IMG/VR virus record: IMGVR_UViG_3300006409_000042
DNA: 43,164 bases
Strand: one strand, 5' to 3'
DNA from: a virus
Part shown: positions 16,982-26,104 of the stretch, piece after piece
Layout of the letters: each line of letters starts with the position of its first letter
How positions within the stretch are numbered: position 1 is the stretch's first letter
Program-made: the position numbers and the translations under genes
Notes under the pieces: generated by a model
What the model saw: only the letters and a program-made list of their open reading frames with translations
What the model was told of the DNA's origin: nothing
Databases searched by the model: none

Positions 16982-17263
16982 TCAGACTTCGTGCATTTTC
17001 TTTTCCATGACTGATTTCATCGCTTCGAATTTTATAAGCCAGTCTTCACACTCGATTTCGAGTTGAACTTCGCCAATTCTTCCCTTGATTTTGCTGAGAA
17101 AGTTCCACAACTCCGCGACAAACTTGTAGTCTAATATTGCAACAAATGGCACTCCTTGCCAATCAGCGCTGAGATTTATGACAGTTTGAGTCCACGCGTA
17201 CCAACGACCTCTTTTTTTACTCTTCTTCACGTACTCCTTAACATCACACACCTCGTACTTCAT
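16982..17263 (-). CDS. Small putative transcription regulator (AbrB/swapped-hairpin-like), 93 aa
   Basis: KKRGRWYAWTQTVINLSADWQGVPFVAIL resembles the AbrB/DUF2080 pattern; TATA-like TTATTATA 22-29 nt upstream, flanked by palindromes. Confidence 0.6.
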   Translation of the reverse strand: MKYEVCDVKEYVKKSKKRGRWYAWTQTVINLSADWQGVPFVAILDYKFVAELWNFLSKIKGRIGEVQLEIECEDWLIKFEAMKSVMEKKMHEV

Positions 17264-17311
17264 GTTCTACAGTAGAAACCTACCTATAATAAGGTTTCTA
17301 CTGTAGAACAT
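17262..17311. promoter_or_regulatory. Perfect 20-bp inverted repeat enclosing a TATA box; each arm holds the palindrome TTCTAC(A/T)GTAGAA
   Basis: ATGTTCTACAGTAGAAACCT (17262-17281) / AGGTTTCTACTGTAGAACAT (17292-17311), 10-nt spacer. Confidence 0.8.
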
Positions 17312-17343
17312 TGGGATTTCTCCATTGTCTCAACTAATCTCTC

Positions 17344-17354
17344 TTTTAAAGTCC
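17344..17354 (+). promoter_or_regulatory. Late promoter motif (terS)
   Basis: TTTTAAAGTCC; AAGTC 25 nt before ATG 17374. Confidence 0.75.
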
Positions 17355-17373
17355 ATCCACAACAAGCGCAACC

Positions 17374-17829
17374 ATGAGTAACTCCGAAAATGTTGCGCAA
17401 CTCTTGAACCCGAGATGCAAGATTTGCCGCTCCGAACACCTTGAGGAAATTAATCAAATGTTGATTGAAGGGCGTCCTTACAGCGAGATCATCGCAAAAT
17501 TCCCCGATTTAAAGCTTAGTAAGTCCAACATAACCAGGCACAAGAGACACTTCAATTTCGTGAAGAGGGGTGTGGAGAAGTACTATCAACAACTCGAGGA
17601 GGGAGCCGATAAGGTTGTGGATGAGATCAAAGCTTTGAACGATATAATTGCCAGGATGCGCAATTACGCTATGAAGGTCGATCCCGAAAAGAAGCCAAGG
17701 GTCGTGGAAGTATGCACGAACGCTATGTTTAGAGCGATCAAACTTAAGCACGAGCTCGCTGGCAACATTCAAGATCCAGCCTCCAAGCTCTTAGCATTGT
17801 TTGAAGAAGCTTTGAAGGAAGATGAGTAA
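17374..17829 (+). CDS. terS: Terminase small subunit (putative), 151 aa
   Basis: CKIC plus HTH (YSEIIAKF..LSKSNITRHKRH); directly upstream of terL. Confidence 0.75.
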   Translation: MSNSENVAQLLNPRCKICRSEHLEEINQMLIEGRPYSEIIAKFPDLKLSKSNITRHKRHFNFVKRGVEKYYQQLEEGADKVVDEIKALNDIIARMRNYAMKVDPEKKPRVVEVCTNAMFRAIKLKHELAGNIQDPASKLLALFEEALKEDE

Positions 17830-19150
17830 GCTCGACGATTTGATATCGGAACTCGGCAAGGACAAAAAGAAGATTAAGCAAGCCATAAGGGATCCAGTTC
17901 TGTTCACACAAATATTCCTAAACCACGAGCCCCACGAAGCTCAAAAGCTGATCCTCCGCGACAAGCATCAGTTCATAACTGTTGTTGCTGGCAGACGTTT
18001 CGGCAAGACCAAAGCGATGGCGTTTTCGGCCATCCACTACGCCATAACTCATCCTGGATCCATTCAGTTCATCCTCGCCCCATCCTACAACCAAGCAAAT
18101 ATCATGTTTTGGGAGATAACGACCCTACTTTCTAAATCGATTCTTGTTCACCTCATCGAGCGAGTCTACAAAACTCCCTTCAGCAAGATTATATTTAGGA
18201 ATGGCAGCGAGATCCACGCTCGCTCGACAACAAAGCCAGAGTACTTGAGAGGCCACAAGGCGCATAGGGCAATCCTCGACGAAGCTGCTTACATTCCCGA
18301 TGATGTCATCAGCCAAGTTGTCGAGCCAATGTTAGCAGATTTCAATGGATCATGGATCAAAATCGGAACGCCATTCGGAAAGAACCACTTTTACGATTCC
18401 TACCTCAAGGGGCAATCGGAAGAGTTCGAAGACTACAGCAGCTATCGCTTCCCTTCTACAGCCAATCCCCATATCAGTCACGAGTTCATAGAGAAGAAAA
18501 AGAGAGAGTATGGCGAGAACTCGATCATTTTCCGCACAGAATACCTCGCGGAGTTCGTAGAGGACCAGAATGCTGTTTTCAGGTGGGCCGACATCCAGAG
18601 AAACATCTCCAACATCGAACTCGTCGATATGGGGCAGCCAGGGAGAATCTACGCTATCGGTTGCGATCTGGCGAAGTATCTCGATTATACGGTCATCATA
18701 GTACTTGACATCACGAATAAGCCCTTCAAACTCGTCCACTTCCAGCGATTCAACCGCCGCCCCTACGCCGAAACGATATTGAAGTTGAAGGAATTGTACA
18801 AGCGCTTCAACTACGCCAAAGTTTTGATCGATTCCAGTGGTGTTGGAGATCCAGTACTCGAGGACTTGCAGGATATCGGAGCTGAAGGATATGTCTTCAC
18901 TGCAAAGTCGAAGGTCCAATTGATCCAGCGCTTGCAAGCGGCAATCGAGAATGGCGAAGTCAAGTATCCATACATAGAGGAGCTGATAAAAGAGCTACAA
19001 TTCTTCGAGTATCAACTCACGAGGCAAGGAATAAAGATGGAGGCGAGGCAAGGCATGCATGATGATTGTGTCATAGCGTTGGCCCTTGCTGTGTGGGCAG
19101 CGGGTCACGGAGGCAGATCGTTGAGGAGGGTTTATGGAGTCGTTGGCTGA
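17822..19150 (+). CDS. terL: Terminase large subunit, 442 aa
   Basis: AGRRFGKT Walker A, ILDEAAYI Walker B, GCDLAKYLDYT and HDDCVIALAL nuclease motifs. Confidence 0.96.
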   Translation: MSKLDDLISELGKDKKKIKQAIRDPVLFTQIFLNHEPHEAQKLILRDKHQFITVVAGRRFGKTKAMAFSAIHYAITHPGSIQFILAPSYNQANIMFWEITTLLSKSILVHLIERVYKTPFSKIIFRNGSEIHARSTTKPEYLRGHKAHRAILDEAAYIPDDVISQVVEPMLADFNGSWIKIGTPFGKNHFYDSYLKGQSEEFEDYSSYRFPSTANPHISHEFIEKKKREYGENSIIFRTEYLAEFVEDQNAVFRWADIQRNISNIELVDMGQPGRIYAIGCDLAKYLDYTVIIVLDITNKPFKLVHFQRFNRRPYAETILKLKELYKRFNYAKVLIDSSGVGDPVLEDLQDIGAEGYVFTAKSKVQLIQRLQAAIENGEVKYPYIEELIKELQFFEYQLTRQGIKMEARQGMHDDCVIALALAVWAAGHGGRSLRRVYGVVG

Positions 19151-19151
19151 T

Positions 19152-19163
19152 ATTTAAAGTCTA
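19152..19163 (+). promoter_or_regulatory. Late promoter motif (portal)
   Basis: ATTTAAAGTCTA; ATG at 19181. Confidence 0.75.
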
Positions 19164-19180
19164 AATCTGCCCACTCTTAC

Positions 19181-20401
19181 ATGCTGAACAGAATCATCCG
19201 TAGGTTCTCGAATGACATGCCCAAGACACAAAGAAGAAGGGAGTTCAAGTACAAGTCCGACAAGGCAATTCTTGTAGCCAAACCATTGGAAAGTTCACCT
19301 GGATTCGACCCTCGTGTTAACTACGACGAATACGAATGGCTTTACAATATAAGCGAAGACGCTCAAGCCCACCTTGAGACCATCACATACTTGGTTGTTG
19401 GAGCTGGCTTTCAGTTCATCGGCGAGCCGAAAGCTGTTGAGAGGTGCGAGGAGTTTGCAGCTGAAGTCGGATTTTGGGACATCTTGGAAAACGATGTGTT
19501 AACTCATCTGATTTTTGGAAACGCTTACAATTTCATTGTCGAGGAGGACAACGATTTTGGTTTTACTCTTCAAGTTGTTCACCCAAAGCGTGTCAAAATC
19601 GTAACGGACGAGTATGGTAGAATACAATTTTATTGGTACGATTACAACGCAACATTCATTGGAGATCCAGAGTACAAATTCGAGCCAGAGGATGTCCTTC
19701 ACTTCCGCTTTAGGCAATTTGCGGACAATGTTTATGGTTTGAGCTTGTTGCACAATGTCTATAATAAACTCAGCATAAAGAATAAGATAGAAGCGACAGC
19801 AGCAGCCATGGCCCATCGTGATGCCCACCGATTGCTTTGGGCCAAGGTGGAGTTAACTCCAGAAGATGAAGCAATAAATCCTAAGACTGGAAAAACATAC
19901 GCTGAGGAGAAGCTTGAGGCTGTGAACGAGTTGCTCGCTGATAGGGTGAAAGATAACCTTGATGGAACTTTTACTGTGAGCAACAATCTTGTTTTTGATC
20001 AAACTGTTGAATTGAAGGACCTATCAGCCTCTCACGACTTCGCAGGCATAGCGAAAATACTCGAGCATCTGCAGCGGCAGGTGGATAGAGCTCTGAAGGT
20101 ACCGAAAGTTTTCTTGGGGGAGGCTGAGGGTAGCAACAGAGCCACGTCATACAACCAACGTCGCACGTTCATGCTGTTCATCGAGAGTATCCAGCGCAAA
20201 TTCGAGGCTGAAATCAACAGAAAGCTGATTCCACGCATCACTGATGCAGATGTCAGGTTCAAGTTCAACAATCCGCTCAGGGAGGACTACAGCGATTGGG
20301 TCGATCAGGCGGTCAAGCTGTATCAAGCTGGCGTTGTAACGCTTGGAGAAGCAAGAGAATGGATCGATCTGCCACCAGAACCACCAAAAGAGGAAGAGTA
20401 A
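19181..20401 (+). CDS. Portal protein, 406 aa
   Basis: Follows terL; LIFGNAY, VHPKRV, EDVLHFR..DNVYGLSLL, ALKVPKVFLG. Confidence 0.9.
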   Translation: MLNRIIRRFSNDMPKTQRRREFKYKSDKAILVAKPLESSPGFDPRVNYDEYEWLYNISEDAQAHLETITYLVVGAGFQFIGEPKAVERCEEFAAEVGFWDILENDVLTHLIFGNAYNFIVEEDNDFGFTLQVVHPKRVKIVTDEYGRIQFYWYDYNATFIGDPEYKFEPEDVLHFRFRQFADNVYGLSLLHNVYNKLSIKNKIEATAAAMAHRDAHRLLWAKVELTPEDEAINPKTGKTYAEEKLEAVNELLADRVKDNLDGTFTVSNNLVFDQTVELKDLSASHDFAGIAKILEHLQRQVDRALKVPKVFLGEAEGSNRATSYNQRRTFMLFIESIQRKFEAEINRKLIPRITDADVRFKFNNPLREDYSDWVDQAVKLYQAGVVTLGEAREWIDLPPEPPKEEE

Positions 20402-20402
20402 C

Positions 20403-21896
20403 ATGGATCCAACGAAGACAAAGCTCCTCAGAAAAGAGTATGTTAAAGCGCTGAGAAAGCTTTCAGAATCGGCAAAGCGAGAAATCCTGGAAGTTCTCGG
20501 TACTACAGATGCGATTAACGAGGCGACAATCGGGGAGATAAAGCAAATCGTATCGAAGCACCTCGCTGGCGATAAGGCTGAAGAAGTTGTTGCTTACTAT
20601 ACTCAGCAATTCTGGCAGCGCGGAGCTGATTTCGCAAACAGACAGCTGAAGCGCTATGGCATCACGATAGAAATACCGCCACATCTTGGCATTCTCGACA
20701 ACGAAACTTTGCTCCAGCTCGAGAACTTGCAGCTCGATCTGATCAAGGGCTTGAGCGAGGAGACGAAGAAGGCTTTAGCTTTCCAGTTGAGAGAAGGGAT
20801 AATTAGAGGAGAATCGATATCGGAGTTAACTAAGCGGGTTAAAGAGGTAATAAACGATACAAAATGGAAAGCAGAGCGTATTGCAAGAACGGAATCCACG
20901 AGAGTTTTTAATGCCGCAGCAATTGACCGCTATCAGAAAGCTGGCTTGAAGAAGTGGAAGTGGTACGCAGCTGCTGACGAGCGCACTTGTCCGATTTGTG
21001 GAGCGAAACATGATAAGATATTCAACATCGGGGACCCTACCCCACCAGCGCATCCGAATTGCCGGTGCACGACATTGCCTTACTTCGATAAAGAAAGTGA
21101 AGAAGAGCGAAAAGAAGAATTTGGGGTTGGAATTCCTGAGATCGACGAGAAAATTGGAAAGGCTTTGGACGATTTCGAAAAAGCGTTGAAGGAAGAGGGT
21201 AGCTTTACGAAAGCTGTTAATCGTGTTGTAAATGGTAGACCATTGAGCGTGATTGAGTCTGAGAGAATAGGAAAGGAAATTTACAAAAGCTACATGAAAG
21301 GAGCCAGTAAGGATTTGAGGGAGAGAATACAATTATTGTTACCCACAAAGGTCAACAGAAGGTTGATAGAGAAAGCGGGAAATGTGCAAATTAATTATCA
21401 GAAGTCTGGAAATCCACATTACAATTGGTGGAAGAAGAGAATTACGCTGATAAGAGGGGTTGGAAGTGAAAACGAGTGGCGTGATTTTCTCCATGAATAT
21501 GGCCACCACTTGGAGCACTATGGCGCTGAAGATGTCGTGAAAGAGTTTTATCTCGCGAGAATTAGGAAGAGAGGCTACAAGTTGAGGCGACTGAACGAAT
21601 TCAAGAACTACGAGTTCGTTGGATATGATGTTTACATTTTCGAAGGCTTCGAGCACATAAGTCCGTACATGGGAAGATTTTATCCATCAAAGTTGGCTAA
21701 GGATTCTGTAAGAAACTTGATGAGAATCAAGGAGAATCCCGAAGTCATCGAAGATCTGAAGGGGGACATAATGACAGAGTTCGTGAGTGTCGGTTTAGAG
21801 CATTTCGCCACGGAGGAATCGATGAAGAAGTTGTACGAGGCTGACAGAGAAGTCTTCGCGTTTTTGCTTTCCGTGTTGAGGGGAGATTTTATATAA
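20403..21896 (+). CDS. MuF/SPP1 gp7-like minor head protein with C-terminal HExxH extension, 497 aa
   Basis: AERIARTES...WKWYAAADERTCPIC...PPAHPNCRC (MuF), then ~270 aa containing LHEYGHHLE and TEFVSVGLE. Confidence 0.9.
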   Translation: MDPTKTKLLRKEYVKALRKLSESAKREILEVLGTTDAINEATIGEIKQIVSKHLAGDKAEEVVAYYTQQFWQRGADFANRQLKRYGITIEIPPHLGILDNETLLQLENLQLDLIKGLSEETKKALAFQLREGIIRGESISELTKRVKEVINDTKWKAERIARTESTRVFNAAAIDRYQKAGLKKWKWYAAADERTCPICGAKHDKIFNIGDPTPPAHPNCRCTTLPYFDKESEEERKEEFGVGIPEIDEKIGKALDDFEKALKEEGSFTKAVNRVVNGRPLSVIESERIGKEIYKSYMKGASKDLRERIQLLLPTKVNRRLIEKAGNVQINYQKSGNPHYNWWKKRITLIRGVGSENEWRDFLHEYGHHLEHYGAEDVVKEFYLARIRKRGYKLRRLNEFKNYEFVGYDVYIFEGFEHISPYMGRFYPSKLAKDSVRNLMRIKENPEVIEDLKGDIMTEFVSVGLEHFATEESMKKLYEADREVFAFLLSVLRGDFI

Positions 21897-21920
21897 TATT
21901 AATAAGGAAATAGTGGTAGA

Positions 21921-22250
21921 ATGGAATGGAAGATAGTAGTCAAACACAAAGAATTGCCAGATAAAGTAGAGATAATTGGTATGGGCAGCGACCCTCATAA
22001 TCCAATCGAGGTCACAGCAAAGTCATTCGGTACTCTCGGGAAAAGAGCTCTGGAGAGAATTCGACAGGAGATGAACTCCAGACCGACATTTCTCGCGTGG
22101 CTCATAAAATCGGAAAGAGACCTATATTTATGGAGGTATGCAGCGAATAAATTGGCTGATTCGGGAGAATGGATCGTTAAGGATAACTTGCCAGAAGTTA
22201 AGCCTCCAAGAATGCCCGATTCGGAAGATGGTGTAACTTTGGTGTATTAG
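21921..22250 (+). CDS. Hypothetical protein, 109 aa (candidate immunity partner of the MuF extension)
   Basis: Preceded by AT-rich TTTATATAATATTAATAA; lies between MuF and the prohead protease. Confidence 0.65.
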   Translation: MEWKIVVKHKELPDKVEIIGMGSDPHNPIEVTAKSFGTLGKRALERIRQEMNSRPTFLAWLIKSERDLYLWRYAANKLADSGEWIVKDNLPEVKPPRMPDSEDGVTLVY

Positions 22251-22260
22251 CTTATCAGCA

Positions 22261-22273
22261 TTTTAAAAGTCTA
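22261..22273 (+). promoter_or_regulatory. Late promoter motif (prohead protease)
   Basis: TTTTAAAAGTCTA; ATG at 22291. Confidence 0.75.
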
Positions 22274-22290
22274 TTCTGGCAGACTCTCAC

Positions 22291-23652
22291 ATGCAATTGG
22301 TAGTCAGATCTCTCAAAACCAAAGAGGACGAGAAAAACGTATATGTTGAAGGATACGCTTCTGCCACTGTTGAGGACCTCCACGACGAAATAATAACCGA
22401 AGAAGCCTTACAGGAAGCGGCAAGAGACATCGTGAATCCGCCTTACAACAAGGTTTTCATCGGGCATGCGCCCCTAATAAAGAGAGACTTTGACATCGAG
22501 GATGAGATACCAATCGGAAAAGTTGTGGATGCAGCTGTAAAAGAAGACAGAGGAATATTGAAGCTCTGGATAAAGGTAATGCTCAACAAGGCACATCCAT
22601 ACTTCGAGCTAATTTACGAATCTCTTAAAAATGGATTCCTCGATGCGTTCAGCATAGGCTTCAAGGTACTCGAGAGAAAGGGCAATAAGATAAAGAAATT
22701 GCAAATACTCGAAGTATCACTTGTCGGCATCCCTTCAAACCCTGAAGCTGTTGTCGAAGATGTTTACGAGAAGAACTTGGTTATTAAAGGCATATCTCCT
22801 CGCCACACATTCAAGTATGGCAAGGATGAAGAATCGCCTTGGAGGAAACCGAATTTGAGTGATTTTACTGATGAGCCTTGGGAATCATTGAGCGAGGACG
22901 AGCAACAATTCATCGCAGCCCACTTTGCTTGGGCTCCCAAGAATCCACCAGACCGCTATACAGACTTGAAGTTCCCACACCACAACCCGACCAAACATCC
23001 AAAACCGCACGCTGTCAACTTGAGAGGAGTAATCGCTGGCTTTGTCAGACTATCTGTTGCAAAATTGCCAGAGGAGGACAAGCGCAAAATATATGCTCAC
23101 CTATCGGCCCACTACAAAAACGATTTTGGAAGGGAGCCACCAGAATATAGATCGCTTCTTGATGTTGGTGTTGTACTGAAGACTCTTCAGATCGACGAAG
23201 AGGTACTTCTTAAGGCGCTCAAACTTGAAGAGGAAGCAACTGACCACTCTGCTTTAAAAAGTCTAAATTCACGCCAAGAAAACATGGAAGAAGTAGAGAA
23301 AAGGGTTAAGGAACTCGAAGCGACAATCAGCGAATTATCGGAGAAAGTCAAAGAACTCGAGACAAAGAACAGTGAACTCACAGCTGAAAACGCTAAACTC
23401 AAAGAAGAAAACGAGAAATTGGCAAACGAGGTCAAGCAATACATTGAACGTGAAAAAGCTGAATTGATTGAGAAGATCAAGGCTTTGACTGACGAAATCA
23501 ACGAAGAAGAACTCAAATCAAAGGATGTTACTGATCTCAAGGAATTCTACTTGACGATCCTCGAGACCAAGGTACTCAAAGCGAAGTCAGCGCCTCCGAA
23601 GGTTAAGGTTGGCGGGAATTCAGATGAGGTTAGTTTTGAGGGGGTGTTCTAA
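22291..23652 (+). CDS. HK97-type prohead protease fused to a middle domain and coiled-coil scaffold, 453 aa
   Basis: VEGYAS...DEII, IGH, FSIGFK, LEVSLVGIPSNPEA; C-terminal ~120 aa of heptads. Confidence 0.92.
   Translation: MQLVVRSLKTKEDEKNVYVEGYASATVEDLHDEIITEEALQEAARDIVNPPYNKVFIGHAPLIKRDFDIEDEIPIGKVVDAAVKEDRGILKLWIKVMLNKAHPYFELIYESLKNGFLDAFSIGFKVLERKGNKIKKLQILEVSLVGIPSNPEAVVEDVYEKNLVIKGISPRHTFKYGKDEESPWRKPNLSDFTDEPWESLSEDEQQFIAAHFAWAPKNPPDRYTDLKFPHHNPTKHPKPHAVNLRGVIAGFVRLSVAKLPEEDKRKIYAHLSAHYKNDFGREPPEYRSLLDVGVVLKTLQIDEEVLLKALKLEEEATDHSALKSLNSRQENMEEVEKRVKELEATISELSEKVKELETKNSELTAENAKLKEENEKLANEVKQYIEREKAELIEKIKALTDEINEEELKSKDVTDLKEFYLTILETKVLKAKSAPPKVKVGGNSDEVSFEGVF
23253..23265 (+). promoter_or_regulatory. 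Internal late promoter motif within the protease gene
   Basis: TTTAAAAAGTCTA; AAGTC 25 nt before in-frame ATG 23284. Confidence 0.65.
23284..23652 (+). CDS. Nested in-frame capsid scaffold protein, 122 aa
   Basis: MEEVEKRVKELEATISELSEKVKELE... coiled coil starting exactly at the motif-defined spacing. Confidence 0.6.
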   Translation: MEEVEKRVKELEATISELSEKVKELETKNSELTAENAKLKEENEKLANEVKQYIEREKAELIEKIKALTDEINEEELKSKDVTDLKEFYLTILETKVLKAKSAPPKVKVGGNSDEVSFEGVF

Positions 23653-24552
23653 ATGCCCATAACAACTACTGAATTGGGAACTGGAGTGATGAACAGACAG
23701 CAAGCCAATCGCTTCATACAAATGGTACAAGAGCAAGCGATCTTGCTGAAGAAATGCAGAGTTCTGGCAGTTAACCATCCCAAGGGTCAGATCGACAAGA
23801 TTGGTGTAGCATCAAGGATTCTGAGATCCCCAACCGAAGGAGAAACTGTCGCTTCCGAAGCATCAGTAACGATAGGCAGCGTGAACTATGATACTGTTAA
23901 GGTCATGCTCAAGTATGGCATAACGATGGAAGCTATCGAGGACAACATTGAGCGCGAAAACCTCGCGAACACTATTGCAAGGATAATGGCCCAGCAATTC
24001 AGCGTAGATCTCGAAGATCTCGCCATAAACGCAGATACAGCTACTGATCCAGCAGATCCTGACTACGACTTTCTGAAGATCGACGATGGTTGGATAAAGC
24101 AAGCTGCAACTGGAACCCACACTTACGATCATGGTGGAGCTTCGATTGATAAGGAGCTCTTCAGCAACTTGATCAAGGCTTTACCGAACAAATACAGAAG
24201 GCCAGGGCTTGTGTGGATAATGAGCCCCGATCAGCTCGAAGCCTTCAAAGACTACCTAACGAACAGAGCAACTGCCGCTGGCGACGCCCTCCTGATCAGC
24301 GACAAGGAAGTCATGCCGAGGGGCTTCCCAGTAATTACGCCACCTAAGTGGCCTGATGACCAAGTCTGGCTTACGATTCCACAAAACCTCATTGTGGTCA
24401 TCCAGAGGAACATAACTGTCAGGAAGACCACGCAGAGCGATGAGGTGATCGACAAGGACCTCTACGCCAAGTATGCATTGACAGCAAGGGTCGATTTCAT
24501 AATCGAAGAGAAGGATGCGATTGCAAGAGCCATCAATGTTGCAGCACCTTAA
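23653..24552 (+). CDS. Major capsid protein (HK97 fold), 299 aa
   Basis: Position after protease/scaffold; QANRFIQMV, GQIDKIG, AQQFSVDLEDLAINAD, DDGWIKQA. Confidence 0.9.
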   Translation: MPITTTELGTGVMNRQQANRFIQMVQEQAILLKKCRVLAVNHPKGQIDKIGVASRILRSPTEGETVASEASVTIGSVNYDTVKVMLKYGITMEAIEDNIERENLANTIARIMAQQFSVDLEDLAINADTATDPADPDYDFLKIDDGWIKQAATGTHTYDHGGASIDKELFSNLIKALPNKYRRPGLVWIMSPDQLEAFKDYLTNRATAAGDALLISDKEVMPRGFPVITPPKWPDDQVWLTIPQNLIVVIQRNITVRKTTQSDEVIDKDLYAKYALTARVDFIIEEKDAIARAINVAAP

Positions 24553-24573
24553 CCCAATTTTTAGGTGGTTTCG

Positions 24574-24903
24574 ATGGTCGTAATCAAAGAGAACTTTGGT
24601 GAAGGTGGAGCGAACTTAGCTCCTGGAGGGGCTCAAGGTTCACCTGACCTTGCACAAGCATTGAGAGATATTGCCGACGATCTTGCAACGATAAAAGACA
24701 TAATCAACGATCTTAAGGCCAAGTATAACGCATTGGTGGATCTCGTGAATGAGATAAAGGCCGATTACAATGCGCATTGTGCTGCGACAGGACTGCACTA
24801 CGATGGTACCACGAATGTAACAGACACGACCAATGTTGTCACGACAGCCGATGCTGAGAAGAGCACTCAGCCCGATTTTGCACCAAAGACGATTAAAGGT
24901 TGA
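24574..24903 (+). CDS. Putative capsid decoration/head fibre protein, 109 aa
   Basis: Immediately after MCP; coiled-coil core. Confidence 0.55.
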   Translation: MVVIKENFGEGGANLAPGGAQGSPDLAQALRDIADDLATIKDIINDLKAKYNALVDLVNEIKADYNAHCAATGLHYDGTTNVTDTTNVVTTADAEKSTQPDFAPKTIKG

Positions 24904-24916
24904 GGAGGTGATTTAG

Positions 24917-25081
24917 TTGAAGTTAAAACTCGTTAATGCTCCAACATACATCTCCAAAGAGTTCAAGCTGAAGAAAGGCGAAATTGTAGAAGTCAAGGAC
25001 GAGAAAGTTGCAGAAAGAATGCTCGCAACAGGACTCTTCGAGACTGTCGAGGAGAAGAAGAGCAAGCCAAAGAAAGAGTGA
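24917..25081 (+). CDS. Small head-associated protein, 54 aa (TTG start)
   Basis: GGAGGTGA SD; MKLKLVNAPTYISKEFKLKKGEIVEVKDEKVAERMLATGLFE...KKE, typical of small post-MCP ORFs. Confidence 0.7.
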   Translation: MKLKLVNAPTYISKEFKLKKGEIVEVKDEKVAERMLATGLFETVEEKKSKPKKE

Positions 25082-25087
25082 AGGGCT

Positions 25088-25528
25088 ATGCCCTTCCCAA
25101 CGATTAGCGATGTCAGGAATAAGCTTGGAGATGCTTACACCACCGACCCACCAGATACGATAATCCAATCTTTTTTAGATAGAAGAATCGCGCAAGTCAA
25201 AGAGCTCACTGGCAGGGACTTCTCCGATTTTGTTCCTGAATCTATCTTCAAGTGGGTATTGTACTACGCTTGTGCTGATGTAATTGCGAGAGATTTGAGT
25301 GGAAAAGATTCTGCCGATGCTCTCGAGTACACCTTAGCTGAGTTGAGGGAGAGCAAGGATCCGAATGTCAAGTTGAAGCTCCAACTCATGGAACTTTTCA
25401 GACTTGAAGCTGATGAAGCCTTGAAAGTGTTTCTCAGATCACAGAGATCTTATGCCAAATACGAAGTGGATCCAGAAACGCAAGAAACTGTTGTTAGACC
25501 GACTTTGTTCAAGAGGTCCGCCCCGTGA
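25088..25528 (+). CDS. Head-tail adaptor (connector) protein, 146 aa
   Basis: Synteny; FPTISDVRNKLG..DTIIQSFL pattern. Confidence 0.65.
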   Translation: MPFPTISDVRNKLGDAYTTDPPDTIIQSFLDRRIAQVKELTGRDFSDFVPESIFKWVLYYACADVIARDLSGKDSADALEYTLAELRESKDPNVKLKLQLMELFRLEADEALKVFLRSQRSYAKYEVDPETQETVVRPTLFKRSAP

Positions 25529-25536
25529 GGGGGAAT

Positions 25537-25818
25537 ATGGACAGCAAGGACTGGCAGGAACTCGTGCAACAATTGCTTTTGGATGTTCAGAAAACGAACC
25601 AAGAACAACTTAGGATGCTCGGAGAACTGAAGGCTGATTTGGAGGCGATAAAACAAAAGCAAAAGGATCAGTCCTTAATTCTCGATAGGCATGAAAAGGA
25701 CATATCTAACTTGAAGCAAGTACAAGAGAGACACAAATCCTATTTTAAGATAATTGGTGGAGCTTTTACGGTGATTGTCACGATTGTTTCGGCGTTTATT
25801 GCGTTCTTTAAATCGTAA
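25537..25818 (+). CDS. Coiled-coil protein with C-terminal TM helix (XhlA/holin-like), 93 aa
   Basis: Heptads then IIGGAFTVIVTIVSAFIAFF. Confidence 0.65.
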   Translation: MDSKDWQELVQQLLLDVQKTNQEQLRMLGELKADLEAIKQKQKDQSLILDRHEKDISNLKQVQERHKSYFKIIGGAFTVIVTIVSAFIAFFKS

Positions 25819-25819
25819 G

Positions 25820-26104
25820 ATGACAAAAAACAATATAAAGGATACAAAGAAAAATTTGAATGTGACCGAGAGTCTCAAGGCGATTAAGGTCCTTAAAATC
25901 GCCAAGCAATTTTTTGAGGACAATTTCTCCGACTTACTCGATGTCCAACAATATGGCCTCGCAATTGTTGTCAAACCAAGGAACTACGATGAAGTGCGAG
26001 AATTCATAGAGAATGTGCTCAAGTTCGAGGTTCCAGAGTTCGAGAGAGAGTTTGAGCGCAAGGAGAGAGAAATCGAAAGAGAAATGGAATTGGAGTTGGA
26101 GTAG
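25820..26104 (+). CDS. Hypothetical protein, 94 aa
   Basis: ATG right after the upstream stop. Confidence 0.65.
   Translation: MTKNNIKDTKKNLNVTESLKAIKVLKIAKQFFEDNFSDLLDVQQYGLAIVVKPRNYDEVREFIENVLKFEVPEFEREFERKEREIEREMELELE

Noticed and set aside
17262-17311. TTTCTAC..GTAGA resemblance to a Cas12a CRISPR repeat stem
   Set aside because: Only one inverted pair, no spacers, no cas genes; better explained as an operator.
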